A DNA stretch of 64,000 bases, from the NCBI RefSeq assembly GCF_964188315.1, contig NC_135656.1:121582001-121646000 (forward strand), read 5' to 3'. A program made the position numbers and the translations under genes. The stretch comes from Podarcis muralis. Lineage: Eukaryota. Shown here in pieces: positions 12,370 through 25,005 of this stretch; the first letter of the stretch is position 1, and every line of letters starts with the position of its first letter. The notes under the pieces are model-generated. The model was not told the origin of the DNA and made no database searches. It worked only from the letters and a program-made list of their open reading frames with translations.

Positions 12370-12905
12370 TTTCTAGACATATGTGGGGCTACCTTTGAAG
12401 GTGACCCGGAAACTACAACTAATCCAGAATGCAGCAGCTAGACTGGTGACTGGGAGCGGCCACCAAGACCACAGAACACCGGTCCTGAAAGACCTACATT
12501 GGCTCCCAGTACGTTTCCGAGCACAATTCAAAGTTTGGTGCTGACTTTAAAGCCCTAAATGGCTTCAGCTTTGTATACCTGAAGAAGTGCATCCACCCCC
12601 ATCATCCAAATGGGACACTGACATCCAGCTCCAAGGGCCTTCTGGAGGTTCCCTCCCTGCGAGAAGCAGAGGTTACAGGGAACCAGGCAGAGGGCCTTCT
12701 TGGTGGTGGCGCCCGCCCTGTGGAACGCCCTCCCATCAGATGTCAAGGAAATAAACAACTGTCTGACTTTAGAAGACATCTGAAGGCAGCCCTGTTTAGG
12801 GAAGTTTTTAACGTTTGATGCTTTATTGTGTTTTTAATATTCTGTTGGGAGCTGCCCAAAGTAGCTGGGGAAACTCAGCCAGATGGGTGGGGTATAAATA
12901 ATAAA
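12370..12905 (+). mobile_element. L2-type LINE 3' fragment
   Basis: Typical squamate L2 3' end (ctacaactaatccagaatgc..gaagacatctgaaggcagccctg..ggtataaat). Confidence 0.85.
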
Positions 12906-13322
12906 TGGGGAATATGTCCCAAATGTCTTTCAATCAAGGAACAGGGGTAGGGTGGGGGGAATGTGTCCTTACCTAGAGAGGACTGTGTCTCATAATTCGC
13001 CTCCATGACCTTTGGTCTGGATCCAGCAGGGCCCAATACCTCTTCGGTGAAATGCACAGCCACCTCTTTGAACGTTTATCCAGACCCTGGAGAAAGAGAA
13101 TATACAGAATTTTTCTTCTCCCTCTCTCCCAACACTAGAGTTCATGAGCATCCCAAGAAGCTGAACGTTGGAAGATTTTGGAAAAATAAAGGAAGCACTT
13201 CTTCATGAAGCACAGAGTCAAACTATGGAACTTGCTCCCCCCAGGAGGCAAATATGGCCAGGAACTCCTTTTTTGATTTACTAAATATTATGAAAGTATC
13301 ATGTAAACACTCTATGAGCTCG

Positions 13323-13475
13323 CATGGGTGTAGCCAGGATTTATTTTGGGGGAACAAGCTTTATGTTGGGGGGCAAAACTGACTTCTCTGTGATGCAATT
13401 GGTCAGTTGGTTAAGCATTTTTATTTATTTACTTGATTTAGGGGGAGCAGTTGCAGCACCCTGGCTAAGCCTATG
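13323..13475. mobile_element. hAT-type MITE
   Basis: TIR CATGGGTGTAGCCAGG/CCTGGCTAAGCCTATG; TSD TGAGCTCG/TGAGCTCT (7 of 8). Confidence 0.7.
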
Positions 13476-13723
13476 TGAGCTCTCTAAAAACAGCCCAGGC
13501 TAGCATGTCAATCCTTACATCTGACTTTAAGAAGACATCTGAAGGCAGCTCTGCTTAGGAAGTTTTTAATGTTTGATCTTTTATTGCTTTTTTTAGTAAT
13601 ATTCTGTTGGGAGCCGCCCAGAGTGGCTGGGGAAACCCAGCCACATGGCCAGGGTATAAATTGTTGTTGTTGCCCTCACTCCACTCCCAAATGCGGCTTC
13701 CTCTTCACCAATGCATCTGGTGA

Positions 13724-13945
13724 TTAGTCGCACCAACAGGGTAAAGAACAGCTTCTATCCATGGGCTGTTAGGCTGCTGAATAAAAAGATAACAACAGGG
13801 CAATGGACTTTCGGGTTTGGTGGGTGTGCGCCAGTAAACGAGGGGAATTAAGACTAAGAGAGCTGAGTGGGGGGTGCTCATGTAATCTCACTGTATACAA
13901 GTTGTACAAGTGACAATAAAGTATTTCAATTTTCAATTTCAATCT
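13724..13945 (+). mobile_element. Rex1/Babar-like LINE 3' end
   Basis: Encodes RTNRVKNSFYPWAVRLLN; near-identical to 39620-39840. Confidence 0.7.
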
Positions 13946-14303
13946 GGTTCCCCTACTCAAGCTGAATATGCCCCTGGGGATACTGAGTGGCTACCAAGAG
14001 GATTTTGCCGTGTGCAATTTCTGCAGCAGTTTGTCCCGCACCTTGCAGCCGAATTGCACAGATCAGACCCCACACTCTGAGGCATGGGCGTAGCCAGGAT
14101 TTATGTTGAGGGGTGGGGAGCAGGACACCCACCCACACCCTGTCGTCATCCTTGGCCTGGCTATTGCCTAGCAGATTCAGAATGAAAAGTCTCCACCAGT
14201 GTTGTTTCAGATTGCTTCCTTTTGACTCCAAGTGCTCAAAAACCTATCTACAATTTTTGTGGCTTTTAAAGAAGAACGGGAACTTTTTACAAATTATTTA
14301 AAA

Positions 14304-14560
14304 GAGCCAGTGTGGTGTAGTGGTTAAGAGCGGTAGTCTCGTAATCTAGTGAACCAGGTTCGCGTCTCCGCTCCTCCACATGCAGCTGCTGGGTGACCTT
14401 GGGCCAGTCACACTTCTTTGAAGTTTCTCAGCCCCACTCACCTCACAGAGTGTTTGTTGTGGGGGAGGAAGGGAAAGGAGAATGTTAGCCGCTTTGAGAC
14501 TCCTTAAAGGGAGTGAAAGGCGGGGTATCAAATCCAAACTCTTCTTCTTCTTCTTCTTCT
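14304..14560 (+). mobile_element. Squam3-like tRNA-derived SINE
   Basis: GAGCCAGTGTGGTGTAGTGGTTAAGAG head; (CTT)n tail. Confidence 0.85.
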
Positions 14561-15174
14561 AAAAAGGCAACAAAATGAATTGGACTCCTTGGCATTGAGG
14601 GTTAATATAGTAGACAGATAATATAAGGCTGTATACAATTTTACAGTATGCAGAGAATAATATGAGTTGAGAAATCAGAGAGAGGAGCTGAGGGAAGTCT
14701 GGGGGGGAAGGAGGGAGGGTTTGTTGGGGAGGTGGGGGGGAGGGAGGAATAATGAAGATGATTTGTTTTGATAATTGCATGAAATTGTTATTTATTTATT
14801 TTTTTAAAAAACGCCTATCTACAATTTCTACTTTTAGTTAAGTATTTTTATTTATTTAGCGGGGCGGGGTGCAGCTGCAACCCCTCCTGGCTATGCCCAT
14901 GGAGTGGGGGGGGGCTCTTTCCTCCTTCCCCCTAACCCCCACGCCACCCCCATGCATTGCACCTCTTTGTCCTCTGCGCGCTCCAGCCTCCCTCTCTCCA
15001 AGACTCGTCCTCTCCCATTGAGCATGGAGGGGTTTCCAACAGCCCCACTCCCCTTGCGACGGCAGCTTCCTGCCTCTCTAGGAACCCACAGCTCGGCTCA
15101 GCTGTCCAGTGGGAGGACTGAGAGACAGGAGCTAGCTGCCCCCCCTTTCCTCTTGCTACTCCCTTGAGGTTGTG

Positions 15175-15434
15175 CAGGGGTGAGCAAACCTTTTCAGCAG
15201 GGGGGGGGGCGGCCGTCCACTGTCCTTCAGACCTTGTGGGGGGCAGACTATTTTGGAGAGGGGAATGAACAAATTCCTATGCCCCACAAATAGCCCAGAG
15301 ATGCATTTTAATTAAAAGGACACATTCTACTCATGTAAAAACACGCTGATTCCCGGAACCTCCGCTGGACGGATTTAGAAGGCGATTGGGCCGGATCCTG
15401 CCCCCCCCCCCCGGATTTAGTTTGCCTATCCATG
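15175..15434. mobile_element. hAT/Charlie-like non-autonomous element
   Basis: CAGGGGTGAGCAAAC..AGTTTGCCTATCCATG; same family as 41467-41700. Confidence 0.7.
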
Positions 15435-15639
15435 TGCTGGAGGCTGCAGAAAGCAACGCTGGTGGGACACACATCTGGCCAGCCTTTCCCCATCCTGCGC
15501 TGAGATTCCTGAACTGCAAGGGGTTGGACTAGATGGCCCTCGGTGTCCCTTCCAACTCTGCAATTCTACGATCATGCGACGTTTCCAGCTCTCTTCCTTC
15601 TCGGGAGATTTGGGGAGCCTGCAAAAGAACTCTCCAGCT

Positions 15640-15800
15640 CAGTGGCGTAGCGTGGGTTGTCAGCACCCGGGGCAAGGCAAGTAATTTGCGCCCCCTAACC
15701 TGTGGATTTGCGCCCCCTAACCCGTGGATTTGTGCCCCCTAACCCCCAGATGTTGCGCCCGGTGCGGCCGCCCCCCCTGCACCCCCCACGCTACCCACTG
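15640..15800. mobile_element. hAT-type MITE (same family as 5299-5429)
   Basis: TIR CAGTGG(C)GTAGC; exact 8-bp TSD CTCCAGCT. Confidence 0.9.
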
Positions 15801-16900
15801 CTCCAGCTGCAGCGCTTAAAAACAGCACCGGGGAGCAAAACGCAGGTGCCTCCGCCTCCTCCCCGAGGCTGCTTCGCCCCCAGGAATGTGCCCTTTCCCT
15901 CCCAAGCTAAATAACACAACACCCCCAGGGGAGACTGAGCTGATCTCTTTTGCAGGGGACAGGGACCCAAAGATGATCTTGCAATGCAAACGCTGCGCCA
16001 CTTTGAAGATCCCCTGTGGTCCTTTGCACAGGGGCATTTCCAGCTCTCTCTCTCCCATTTGGGGAACGTGCCCCCCCCGCACCCTTAACTCCCCCTCCCC
16101 TCAAGCTCCCTGCGCTAAAATACAGCACCGGGATGGGGGGGGGCTGGAGGAATCCTCAGCGCGCCTCATGGAGGAACCGAGCGCCAGATGGATGCGAAAG
16201 GAGATGTACGGTATTTTTCTTCTTCCCCACATTAAATGGGGGGGGGGGGGGAGGGAGTTGCAACCAGCGGTAGGCAAAGGGGAGGGGGGGCACTCGGTCC
16301 TCCACTGGGCTCTGCTTCCCGGAGAAGCAGGAAATTGCCATCCAAAGGCGGCGGCGTTGCAGAAGCGCCCTGGGGAAGCGCGCGCGCAAAGGAGAGGCTG
16401 CAAAGCGCCGAGGTGCGATTTTTGTGGGGCAGTGAAAGGAAAGACGGGGGAGGGGACCCAAGGAGGATTTGTTTGAGGGTAATGAAGGGGGAAACACCTC
16501 CCCTCCCACGCGGAGCACTTTTCCCCGGGAAATGCACGGGGTGGGGTCGTGGATGATCCGCGCTGTGCACTTGCGTCGTGCGGCCCAGGGTGCTGCTGGA
16601 TCGCCCAATGCAAGGACCCCCCCTTTTAAAACCACCACCCCCCCAGCTCTGAAAAGAAAGGCGCAGCCTTCATTGATGGGAGCGGGGGAACATGCAGCCC
16701 GGACAGAAGGAGAAACTCGCTATGGGGGAAACAGCCTTGCTGGGGGGGGGGGGTATTAGAATTGCCCCCGGGAGCTTTGAATGTCCGAGGTCATCAGAAA
16801 GCCTGACGGGTTTAAATAGGGGGCGGGACGGGGCGCCGCGTGTTTAAAACTGAGGTCGGCTTCCGGGATGGTTTCATAGAGCAATGCAATGTGTTTACTT
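15800..16900. promoter_or_regulatory. CpG-rich region between divergent ZNF-B and ZNF-C (putative promoter)
   Basis: High CpG density; 16.0-16.75 kb is the inverted paralog of 33.78-34.33 kb. Confidence 0.5.
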
Positions 16901-16910
16901 TGGATCCCTG

Positions 16911-17124
16911 GAGGGCCTTCTCGGTAGTGGCGCCCGCCCTGTGGAACGCCCTTCCAGCAGATGTCAAAGCGATAAACAACTACCTGACATTCAGAAGACA
17001 TCTGAAGGCAGCCCTGTTCAGGGAAGTTTTTAACGTGTGATATTTTACTGTATTTTTGGTTTTTATGGAAGCCGCCCAGAGTGGCTGGGGAGGCCCAGCC
17101 TGATGGGCGGGGTATAAATAATAA

Positions 17125-17187
<63 letters not shown>
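16911..17187 (+). mobile_element. L2 3' end with (TAT)n tail
   Basis: gagggccttctcggtagtggcg..gggcggggtataaat followed by a TAT microsatellite. Confidence 0.9.
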
Positions 17188-17197
17188 TTGTTCTCAG

Positions 17198-17314
17198 GAA
17201 AAGACTCGGCCTGCTGTGTTTCATGGAAAGACATTCTCAAAGCAGACTTGATGTCTTCGCTGGAAAGAGAAGAACCAATTCTCCCGGCCTCTTGGGAAGG
17301 AGAGAGATTGACAG
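17198..17314 (+). CDS. ZNF-C KRAB-B-like exon (117 nt, phase 1-1)
   Basis: ttttgttctcag|...ILKADLMSSLEREEPILPASWEGERLT G|GTACAG; in phase with the exon at 18197. Confidence 0.65.
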
Positions 17315-17496
17315 GTACAGATTTTTGAACGGTCAAGGGAAAAGGCTATACAGAAAAGGGAAGAGCACAAGGTAGCAAACTTGGGTAGCGTTAATCTTGA
17401 GCCACTCCCTCCCTTTGGGGAAAACCCAGAGATCAGTGTTAGAACACAGTCTTTGGATGCAGAAATTCTAAGGTTCAGTCCTGTCTTTGTGCAGAG

Positions 17497-17966
17497 CAGT
17501 GGTTTTCAACCAGTGTGCCCTGGCACCCTGGGGTGCCCTGGGCAACACCCACCTCTTTCTTTTTCCTTCTTTCCTTCCTTTCTTCCCTCCCTCCTCACAT
17601 GCCCTCTTGCGTCTCTGCGTCCCAAAGGCTTGCACAGCTGTTTGTGGCAGCAGCCCTGGCCACCACCTCTGGGGCTGGCCAGAGGGTGCTACCCAGGCCC
17701 CTGTGGGGCAGTGTGAGGAGGCAGTGCAAGGACGTGGGGCAGCTCAGAGACAACAGCAGCTGCCCAGAGGTCTCCCATGGAGATGGGAGAGGAGAGGAGG
17801 CTGAGGGAACACTCCACAAGGGAATGTGTTCGAAAAACGGTGAGGGGCGGCCAGTTCTGCAGGCAAGGGGTGACATAACTGGGCTCCTGAGCCCCACAGG
17901 GGTGCTGCAGAATGATTGCAGTTGGTTGGGGGAATCCTGGGCCCCCAAAAAGTTTGAAAACCTCTG
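17497..17966. mobile_element. hAT/Charlie-like element
   Basis: TIR CAGTGGTTTTCAA/TTTGAAAACCTCTG; TSD GTGCAGAG/CTGCAGAG; orthologous copy at 29317-29810. Confidence 0.8.
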
Positions 17967-18196
17967 CTGCAGAGGGATATGAAGGTAAGGGAACAGACAC
18001 ATCTGATGTCAAGCGGGACATTGGCCTGACTGGAGTTTATATTGTCCTCCTGGAGGGCAGCATATTCAGAAGGTAAACCCAGCTTTTGGTGTCTGCAAAT
18101 AACATTAAATAATGCACCCATATACACAAAGTTTGAAATCCTTTGTTTTCTGCTGGAAATTGAAAAAAGTTTTCTTTTTCTCAACCCCCACCCCAG

Positions 18197-19308
18197 ATGA
18201 TGGGCAGAATAATGGGAATTCTATGCAATCGTCAGAAACTCCTGCAGCTGAAGAAGGAAAAGAGATGGTTGCAGATGAAAGTGAACTTAAGAAGCACAGA
18301 GAAGAGAAATCCTCACCTTCTCTGGAGGTTAATGCCCATGAACCCCAAATCCTGCAGGAAGATGGACAAGGAAACAGCCAGAAAATATGTCCCGTGTGTG
18401 GGAAGATATTTAGATACGAATCAAACTTAAATAGGCATTGCAGAAGCCACACGGGGGAGAAACCATTTAAGTGCACTGAGTGTGGAAAGAGCTTGAGCTC
18501 AAGTTGGAGCCTTCTTACACATCTAAGAACCCACAGAGGGGTGAAACCATTTAAATGTGTAGACTGTGGAAAGAGTTTCACTGAGAGCAGTACCCTCCTT
18601 ACACATACGAGAACACACACTGGGGAGAAACCATTTAAATGCATGGAATGTGGGAAAACCTTCAGTAGGAACACTCACCTTACTTCCCATCAGAGAACTC
18701 ACACGGGGGAGAAACCTTTTAAATGCATGGAGTGTGGAAAGAGCTATACTGTTAGTAGTGGCCTTACTCAACATCAAAGAACCCACACAGGAGAAAAACC
18801 ATTTAAATGTACAGAGTGCGGAAAGGGCTTCAAGCAGCCCAGCCACCTTACTATACATTACAGAACACACACAGGGGAGAAGCCATTGACATGCATGGAA
18901 TGCGGGAAGAGATTCAGCCAGCTCATTAACCTGACTTCACATCAGAGAATACACACAGGGGATAAACCCTTTCAGTGCATGGAATGTGGGAAGAGCTTCA
19001 CTGATAGTAGCGGCCTTGCTCAACATCAGAGAACTCACACAGGGGAGAAGCCATTTAAATGTACCAAGTGCGGGAAAAGCTTCCAACGTCCCAGTCGCCT
19101 TACTCTACATTACAGAACCCACACCGGGGAGAAGCCATTTAAATGCCTGGAATGTGGGAAGAGCTTCAGCCAGCCCGGTCACCTTACTCTACATCAGACA
19201 ACACACACACGGGAGAAACCATTTGAGTGTACGAAATGTGGGAAGCACTTCAGGAAGAATGGAAGCCTTGCTTTGCATCACCAGATGCACACAGCAGGAA
19301 CCATTTAG
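18197..19308 (+). CDS. ZNF-C zinc-finger exon, 11 C2H2 fingers
   Basis: ORF track 398 aa; acceptor ccccaccccag|AT (phase 1); degenerate out-of-frame fingers follow to about 19500. Confidence 0.93.
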
Positions 19309-20137
19309 TTGCATGGAAAGTGCGAAAAACTACTGTAAGCTCACTCAGCTTACCTTACATTACATTAGAGAACACACAGGGGAGAAACCATTTGGAAATG
19401 GGGAATGTGGGAGAAAGTTTATTTACAGGAATAGACTATGCATACAATAACGCACACTGGAGAGGAACCCTTTAAATGCTTCAGTGCGGAAAGAACTTTT
19501 GTGACAGCATCAGTCTCATTCCTTGATGCCTTTTTTTGCCCTTGGCATCATTCAACGTCCCCCCACCCATCCCTCTCGCTGCCTTCCCAAAGCCAGGTAA
19601 ACAAGGCGCTGGGCTTTGGGAAGGAGGCATGAAGGCTCTGAGAGGGTCCTACTAAAGTCTTCCCACCTGTCAGGGTGCAGTCAGCAGCTCTTGGCCCAGG
19701 AAAGTATAAAGACGCGGAAAAGTTTCTTACAGTCCTCCCCCCCCCCAAGTCCCGAGTGAATCTCCACCCCCAGTCTCTCCCACTTCCTCACTTGTTGTCA
19801 TCATCACCTCCTCTACAGGTGCCGCTAAGTGCCCTCTGTCTTTGAGCTCTTTGCTCTCCTACCTTTAAGGCTCGCCGGGTTCTGGGAGATGGTGGGTCTG
19901 GAATGCTTTCTAGTGGCAACTGGTCAGCCTGCTGCTGCTCTGCCTCTCCCATCATTTCCCAACTTTCCCCCTCATCTGCCTCTGAGCCGTTGTAACCTCA
20001 AACCCGTTGTAAATCTGTACGGTCTTCCTCCTCCCTGAAAGGGTCAGGATGGGGAGATGGTCTCCACCACTCCTCCTCAGCCCAGCCCCTCACACCACCT
20101 CCTTCCCAAACTCTAGTAAGCATTTCCTCAGCTTAGG

Positions 20138-20383
20138 GAAGAAGAGAAGAAGAGTTTGGATTTGGTATCCCGCTTTGTCACTACCCGAAGGAGTCTCAAA
20201 GCGGCTAACATTCTCCTTTCCCTTCCTCCCTCACAACAAACACTCTGTGAGGTGAGTGGGGCTGAGAGACTTCAGAGAAGTGAGACTAGCCCAAGGTCAC
20301 CCAGCAGCTGCATGTGGAGGAGCGGGGAAGCGAACCCGGTTCACCAGATTACGAGTCCACCACTCTTAACCACTACACCACAC
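20138..20383 (-). mobile_element. Squam3-like SINE
   Basis: Reverse complement of the 14304-14560 family. Confidence 0.85.
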
Positions 20384-20642
20384 CCTGCCAGAGCCTCTCA
20401 CCTCCTTCCCAAAGCCCAACACTTCACTTCCCCAGCTTTCGGAAGGCTGTGCAAGTGGGAGGGGCATCAAATTTTGGACTCCCCTGCAATGTGAGAAGGC
20501 AGTGGGGGGGGTGCCTGTGGGTTGTGTAGAAGTACTTTTGCAGGAGATGGAGAAAGGTGGAAACTAGGCCGTTTTGGAGGTTCCCTTTATGCCAAGTTTG
20601 CTTCAGGATGCTTGACCTACAAAGGAGATAGAAACCCTAGAT

Positions 20643-20767
20643 CAGAACTTTCCAAACTAAAGGGGTTAGTTTAACCTCTGGTTTGCTTGCAAAACTGAAT
20701 CGCTGTGTTGCGAAATGACGCATGTCCAAAAAGTGTGTCGCCAACCTGAAAAGTTAGGAAAGCTCTG
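20643..20767. mobile_element. hAT-type MITE
   Basis: TIR CAGAACTTTCCAAACT/AGTTAGGAAAGCTCTG; TSD CCCTAGAT/CCCTAAAT. Confidence 0.65.
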
Positions 20768-21366
20768 CCCTAAATCTTGGACATAAACTTTCTTTGGATA
20801 AATAACAACAGTATTTGGAAGGAGTTTATACGAAATGTAATTGACTATTAATCTTTACATATGTATTAGGATAGTAATATCAAATTTATAAAAGAATGTG
20901 TGGGTTAGGGTGCTTTTCGTATATTGTATATTTTTTGGGGGGGGTCCCTACCCATTTTTGTGCCTTTTTCTCTTCTCTTTTTCTTTGCATCACTTTATTC
21001 TGAAACCTTTTCAATAAAATATTAATAAAAGAAAGAAAGAAAAGAGAATGCTCACAATTTCTCTACATATGTACAAGTGCTTGTGTGAAAGAAATTACAC
21101 TCACGGATCTCTGCAGCTCAACCCAGCAACAAGGACTCTTTATGTTTGCAGCCTCAGGAGCAGAAACCACCACTGTCTGCAGTAGTATGCTTAGGGTTTC
21201 CACAAAATTCTTAGTTTGAGTAGCCTACACAACTACACAGGGTTCCTTGCTTGCAACAACTTCAAAGGCTTAGTCTCTGGCACACACTGCTATGTGCAAT
21301 TGCTATTATTATTATTATTATTTAATACCCCACCCATCTGGCTGGGTTTCCCCAGTCACTCTAGGT

Positions 21367-21884
21367 CACAGGTGTCAAACACAAGGCCCGCGGGCCAAAT
21401 CCGGCCCACCAGACCTCGTCATGTGGCCCGTGTAGCCGCCGCCGGCCTTCACCTTTTATTCTCACTTTTTTTTTTGACACAAGAAAGCCGCCTCTTCAGC
21501 GCATGCGCTGCAGCCTACAAGCCAGAGAACGTCTGCCCTCTAGCGGCGCCGGCCGTTCTACACAGGAAACCTCCACTTTACATGCATTCAGGAAACCTCC
21601 ACTTGTTTTTATATTGAGCGCATTGTTTTTATTGAGCGCATGCACTTGTTTTTATATTGAGCGCATTGTACATTTGAATATCTACTTGCCATTATTCTGA
21701 CTATGTTTCTGCTTTCAGAGCTAGTTATTACTTACATTATTACAAAAAACAGTAATAATTGAATGCAGTGACAATAATTTATGATAATAAAGAGTGGACA
21801 CATAGTCCTACAGATACAACCGGCCCTTTGAGGGTGACCAAACTGCTGATGCGGCCCCCAATGAATTTGAGTTTGACACCCCTG
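21367..21884. mobile_element. hAT/Charlie non-autonomous element
   Basis: GGTGTCAAAC..GTTTGACACCCCTG; exact TSD CTCTAGGT. Confidence 0.85.
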
Positions 21885-22002
21885 CTCTAGGTAGATTACA
21901 GCATATATTAACTACTTTGCTATGCCTCTGGTGTCTCCCAGCAGGCTATAGTGGAGTTTCTCCTCTAGCTCTGCTACAGTGATTGAGCCACTTCATCTAA
22001 GT

Positions 22003-22138
22003 CAGACTTCCTCAACCTCGGCCCTCCAGATGTTTTTGGCCTACAACTCCCATGAACCCTACCTAGCAGGACCAGTGGTCAGGGATGATGGGAACTGTAG
22101 TCTCAAAACATCTGGAGGGCCAAGGTTGAGGAAGCCTG
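22003..22138. mobile_element. hAT MITE (URR1-like)
   Basis: TIR CAGRCTTCCTCAACCT; TSD ATCTAAGT/GTCTAAGT. Confidence 0.8.
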
Positions 22139-22274
22139 GTCTAAGTGAAGCCTGTGACTTGCTCCCAAGGCCCCAGCTCCACTGATGGTTGGGACAACCA
22201 GTTACATGTTTAATAAAGCATTTAAAACTGAACCAGCACTGTGGCTCACCTGGTCATATAACAGCATATTGGAG

Positions 22275-22730
22275 CGTGCTAATGTGGCAGCTAGACTTGT
22301 GACTGAAGAGCAGCCACCGAGACCATGTAACACTGGTCCTGAAAGACGTACATTGGCTCCCGGTACGTTACCAAGCACATTTCAAAGTGTTGGTGCTGAC
22401 CTTTAAAGCCCTAACAGGCCTTGGCCCAGTATACCTGAAGGAGCGCCTCCACCTCCATCGTTCAGCCCGGACACTGAGGTCCAACTCTGAGGGCCTTCTG
22501 GTGGTTCTGTCCCTGCAAGAAGTGAGGTTACCGGGAGCCAGGCAAAGGGCCTTCTTGGTAGTGGCACCCGCCCTGTGGAACGCCCTCCCACCAGATGTCA
22601 AGGAAATAAACAACTATCTGACTTTTAGAAGACACCTGAAGGCTGTTTAGGGAAGTTTTTAACATTTGATACTTTATCGCTTTATTAATAATAATATTCT
22701 GTTGGGAGCCGCCCAGAGCAGCTGGGGAAG
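22275..22730 (+). mobile_element. L2 3' fragment
   Basis: ORF VLVLTFKALTGLGPVYLKERL..ALWNALPPDVK, typical of squamate L2. Confidence 0.85.
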
Positions 22731-22846
22731 GAACCTTTAGCTAGTAAGCTCTTACTGCCCAACTAACCAGGATGTAAAAATCCTGTCATCGGTAATGGTT
22801 AATTGCCTAAATTTTCATTGGTCACCGCATTTCACCTACCAAACTA

Positions 22847-23055
22847 CAGTGGTACCTCGGGTTAAGAACTTAATTCGTTCTGGAGGTCCATTCTTAACCT
22901 GAAACTATTCTTAACCTGAGGTACATTAGCTAATGGGGCCTCCTGCTGCCGCACGATTTCTGTTCTCATCCTGAAGCAAAGTTCTTAACCCGAGGTACTA
23001 TTTCTGGGTTAGCGGAGTCTGTAACCTGAAGCATCTGTAACCCGAGGTACCACTG
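22847..23055. mobile_element. Tigger-like MITE
   Basis: TIR CAGTGGTACCTCGGG; TA TSD. Confidence 0.9.
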
Positions 23056-23094
23056 TAGTTTGATCCCTTCCAACAGCACCACGGGTGTCATTTC

Positions 23095-23492
23095 TAGAGC
23101 TTTTAAATATCGGGACAGAGCAAAGAAAGATGCACTCTCCAAGCAAACTTTCCCAGCATGTTCACCTGTCTTGGCAACATCCACGCTGTCTTGGTCCTGT
23201 CCAGAGAATGGAAAATGGCAAGATCCCAAGGAGAGCTGGCTTCAGGCACCAGACCCGTGGGCAGACCAACTCTACGTTACAAAGATGTCTGCAAGCGCGG
23301 ATGCAGGACTGCAACACCAATCCCTCCGTGTGGGAATCCCTTTCAGACAACCGCAGTGCCTGGGGACAGTCAGGTTGTGCATCCATTGCAGCGACCACAG
23401 GAGGAATGACCTCTGGTGCAAAGAGAAGAGACGCCATGGTTCATCTGCAACAGCGCAACTGGACAGCTTTATCAGCCCAAGCTGCAATGGAA
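23095..23492 (+). mobile_element. RTE-clade LINE 3' fragment
   Basis: Frameshifted RHPRCLGPVQRMENGKIP..ELASGTRPVGRPTLRYKDVCKR motif of the RTE ORF C-terminus. Confidence 0.7.
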
Positions 23493-23494
23493 TA

Positions 23495-23833
23495 CAGTGG
23501 TGCCTCGCAAGACGAAAAGAATCCGTTCCGCAATTCTCTTCGTCTAGCGGTTTTTTCGTCTTGCGAAGCAACCCTATTAGCGGCTTAGCGGATTAGCGCT
23601 ATTAGCGGTTTAGCGGCTGTTAAAGGCTTAGCAGTTTAGCTGCTAAAAGGCTATTAGCGGCTTAGAAAAAGGGGGGGGAAAGCGGGGAAAAAATCGCAAG
23701 ACTAGCAAGACGTTTCGTCTTGCAAAGCAAGCCCATAGGGAAATTCGTCTTGCGAAGCAACTCAAAAACGGAAAACCCTTTCGTCTAGCGGGTTTTCCGT
23801 CTTGCGAGGCATTCGTCTTGCGGGGCACCACTG
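23495..23833. mobile_element. Tigger-like MITE, second family (CAGTGGTGCCTC)
   Basis: TIRs plus TA; internal ttagcgg repeats; copies at 30025 and 54908. Confidence 0.9.
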
Positions 23834-23909
23834 TAGATCTCTCCCCTATCAATCTCTGCAACCACTGTAGGTTTTATAACCTTCCAACAGCCGATTTCAC
23901 CCCCAAAGG

Positions 23910-24205
23910 TGCACACCCCCCGAAACAGATGGATGCCAACTAAATACCATACCCACAAGTAATGTACATAAGCTCCCAGCGGCTCTAATGTTCTTGGACG
24001 CCTTTATGGCGTCTGACAGGGTGGAATGGCGAATCCTCAAGGCTTTCTTGGCACAATTAGGACTTGGAAAACACTTTTTGCGTCTTAACCAAATGCGTTC
24101 CACTTTGTGGGCAGCCATTTGCACAAATGGTATGGAGTCTCCCCACATCCAGCTGAGGAGATGTAGAAAGCAGGGCTGCCCTCTATCTCTGCTGATCTTG
24201 GATCT
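23910..24205 (+). mobile_element. Degenerate L1 RT fragment joined to an L2 3' tail (24206-24366)
   Basis: DAFMASDRVEWRILKAFLAQLGLG..RRCRKQGCPLSLLIL resembles L1 RT motifs. Confidence 0.65.
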
Positions 24206-24336
24206 TGGACATCTGAAGGCAGCCCTGTTGAGGGAAGCTTTTAATGTTTAATAGATTATTGTATTTTAATATTCTGTTGGAAGCTGCCCAGAGTGGCTGA
24301 GGAAACCCAGCCAGATGGGCGGGGTATAAATAATAA

Positions 24337-24369
<33 letters not shown>

Positions 24370-25005
24370 CAAAGTACTATAATCAAAGCCAATATGGAGT
24401 GTCAGATTAGGACCTCCTGGAACATCAGCTGTGTGCTGTACAACATCCTCAAAAACAGTGTTCTTTTTCTGCGATATCTGAAATCTGCTTTATTTAAAAC
24501 ACGTCAACCAAAGACCAATGAACGCAATTCAGTTTATGAAAGGCATAAATTTAACCCACAAAGTATCAAGGAAAATCAAAGGTGCATTATACATAGAAAC
24601 TATTAGGATGCCAAGATTATGTGGGAAAATAAAACTATATCCAAGTATTAGGTAAATAGGCTGTTATACATTCGTGCTACATCAAACAACTTAAAAGAAA
24701 AAAAAGACTTATCCACTGCTAAATCCTACATTGGCCCTTCTAAATTTCCCCGGCCCTTTAGGTAAGGCTTCCTACATTTCCCTCTGCCCTGACTGCAAAG
24801 TATTAGAAGGGAACAGGCTTCTGGGGTCTTACACACAGGATAGCAGGGAGCAGTCTGGTGTCCAGGAATTAAGATCATGGGTCGCCTCCCATTTTTCTTA
24901 TTTACATTCTCAAAAAAACTCACATGGTCCCGAACTTTGCCTCTTCACCTCTGCCATCCTTCCCATCACTTCCTACAAGTGAGTCTCTACTCTCTCCAAT
25001 ACTTA

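Noticed and set aside
14083-14901. Possible 820-bp hAT element bounded by CATGGGCGTAGCCAGG/CCTGGCTATGCCCATG
   Set aside because: The TIRs match but the 8-bp flanks do not, so a single insertion could not be confirmed.
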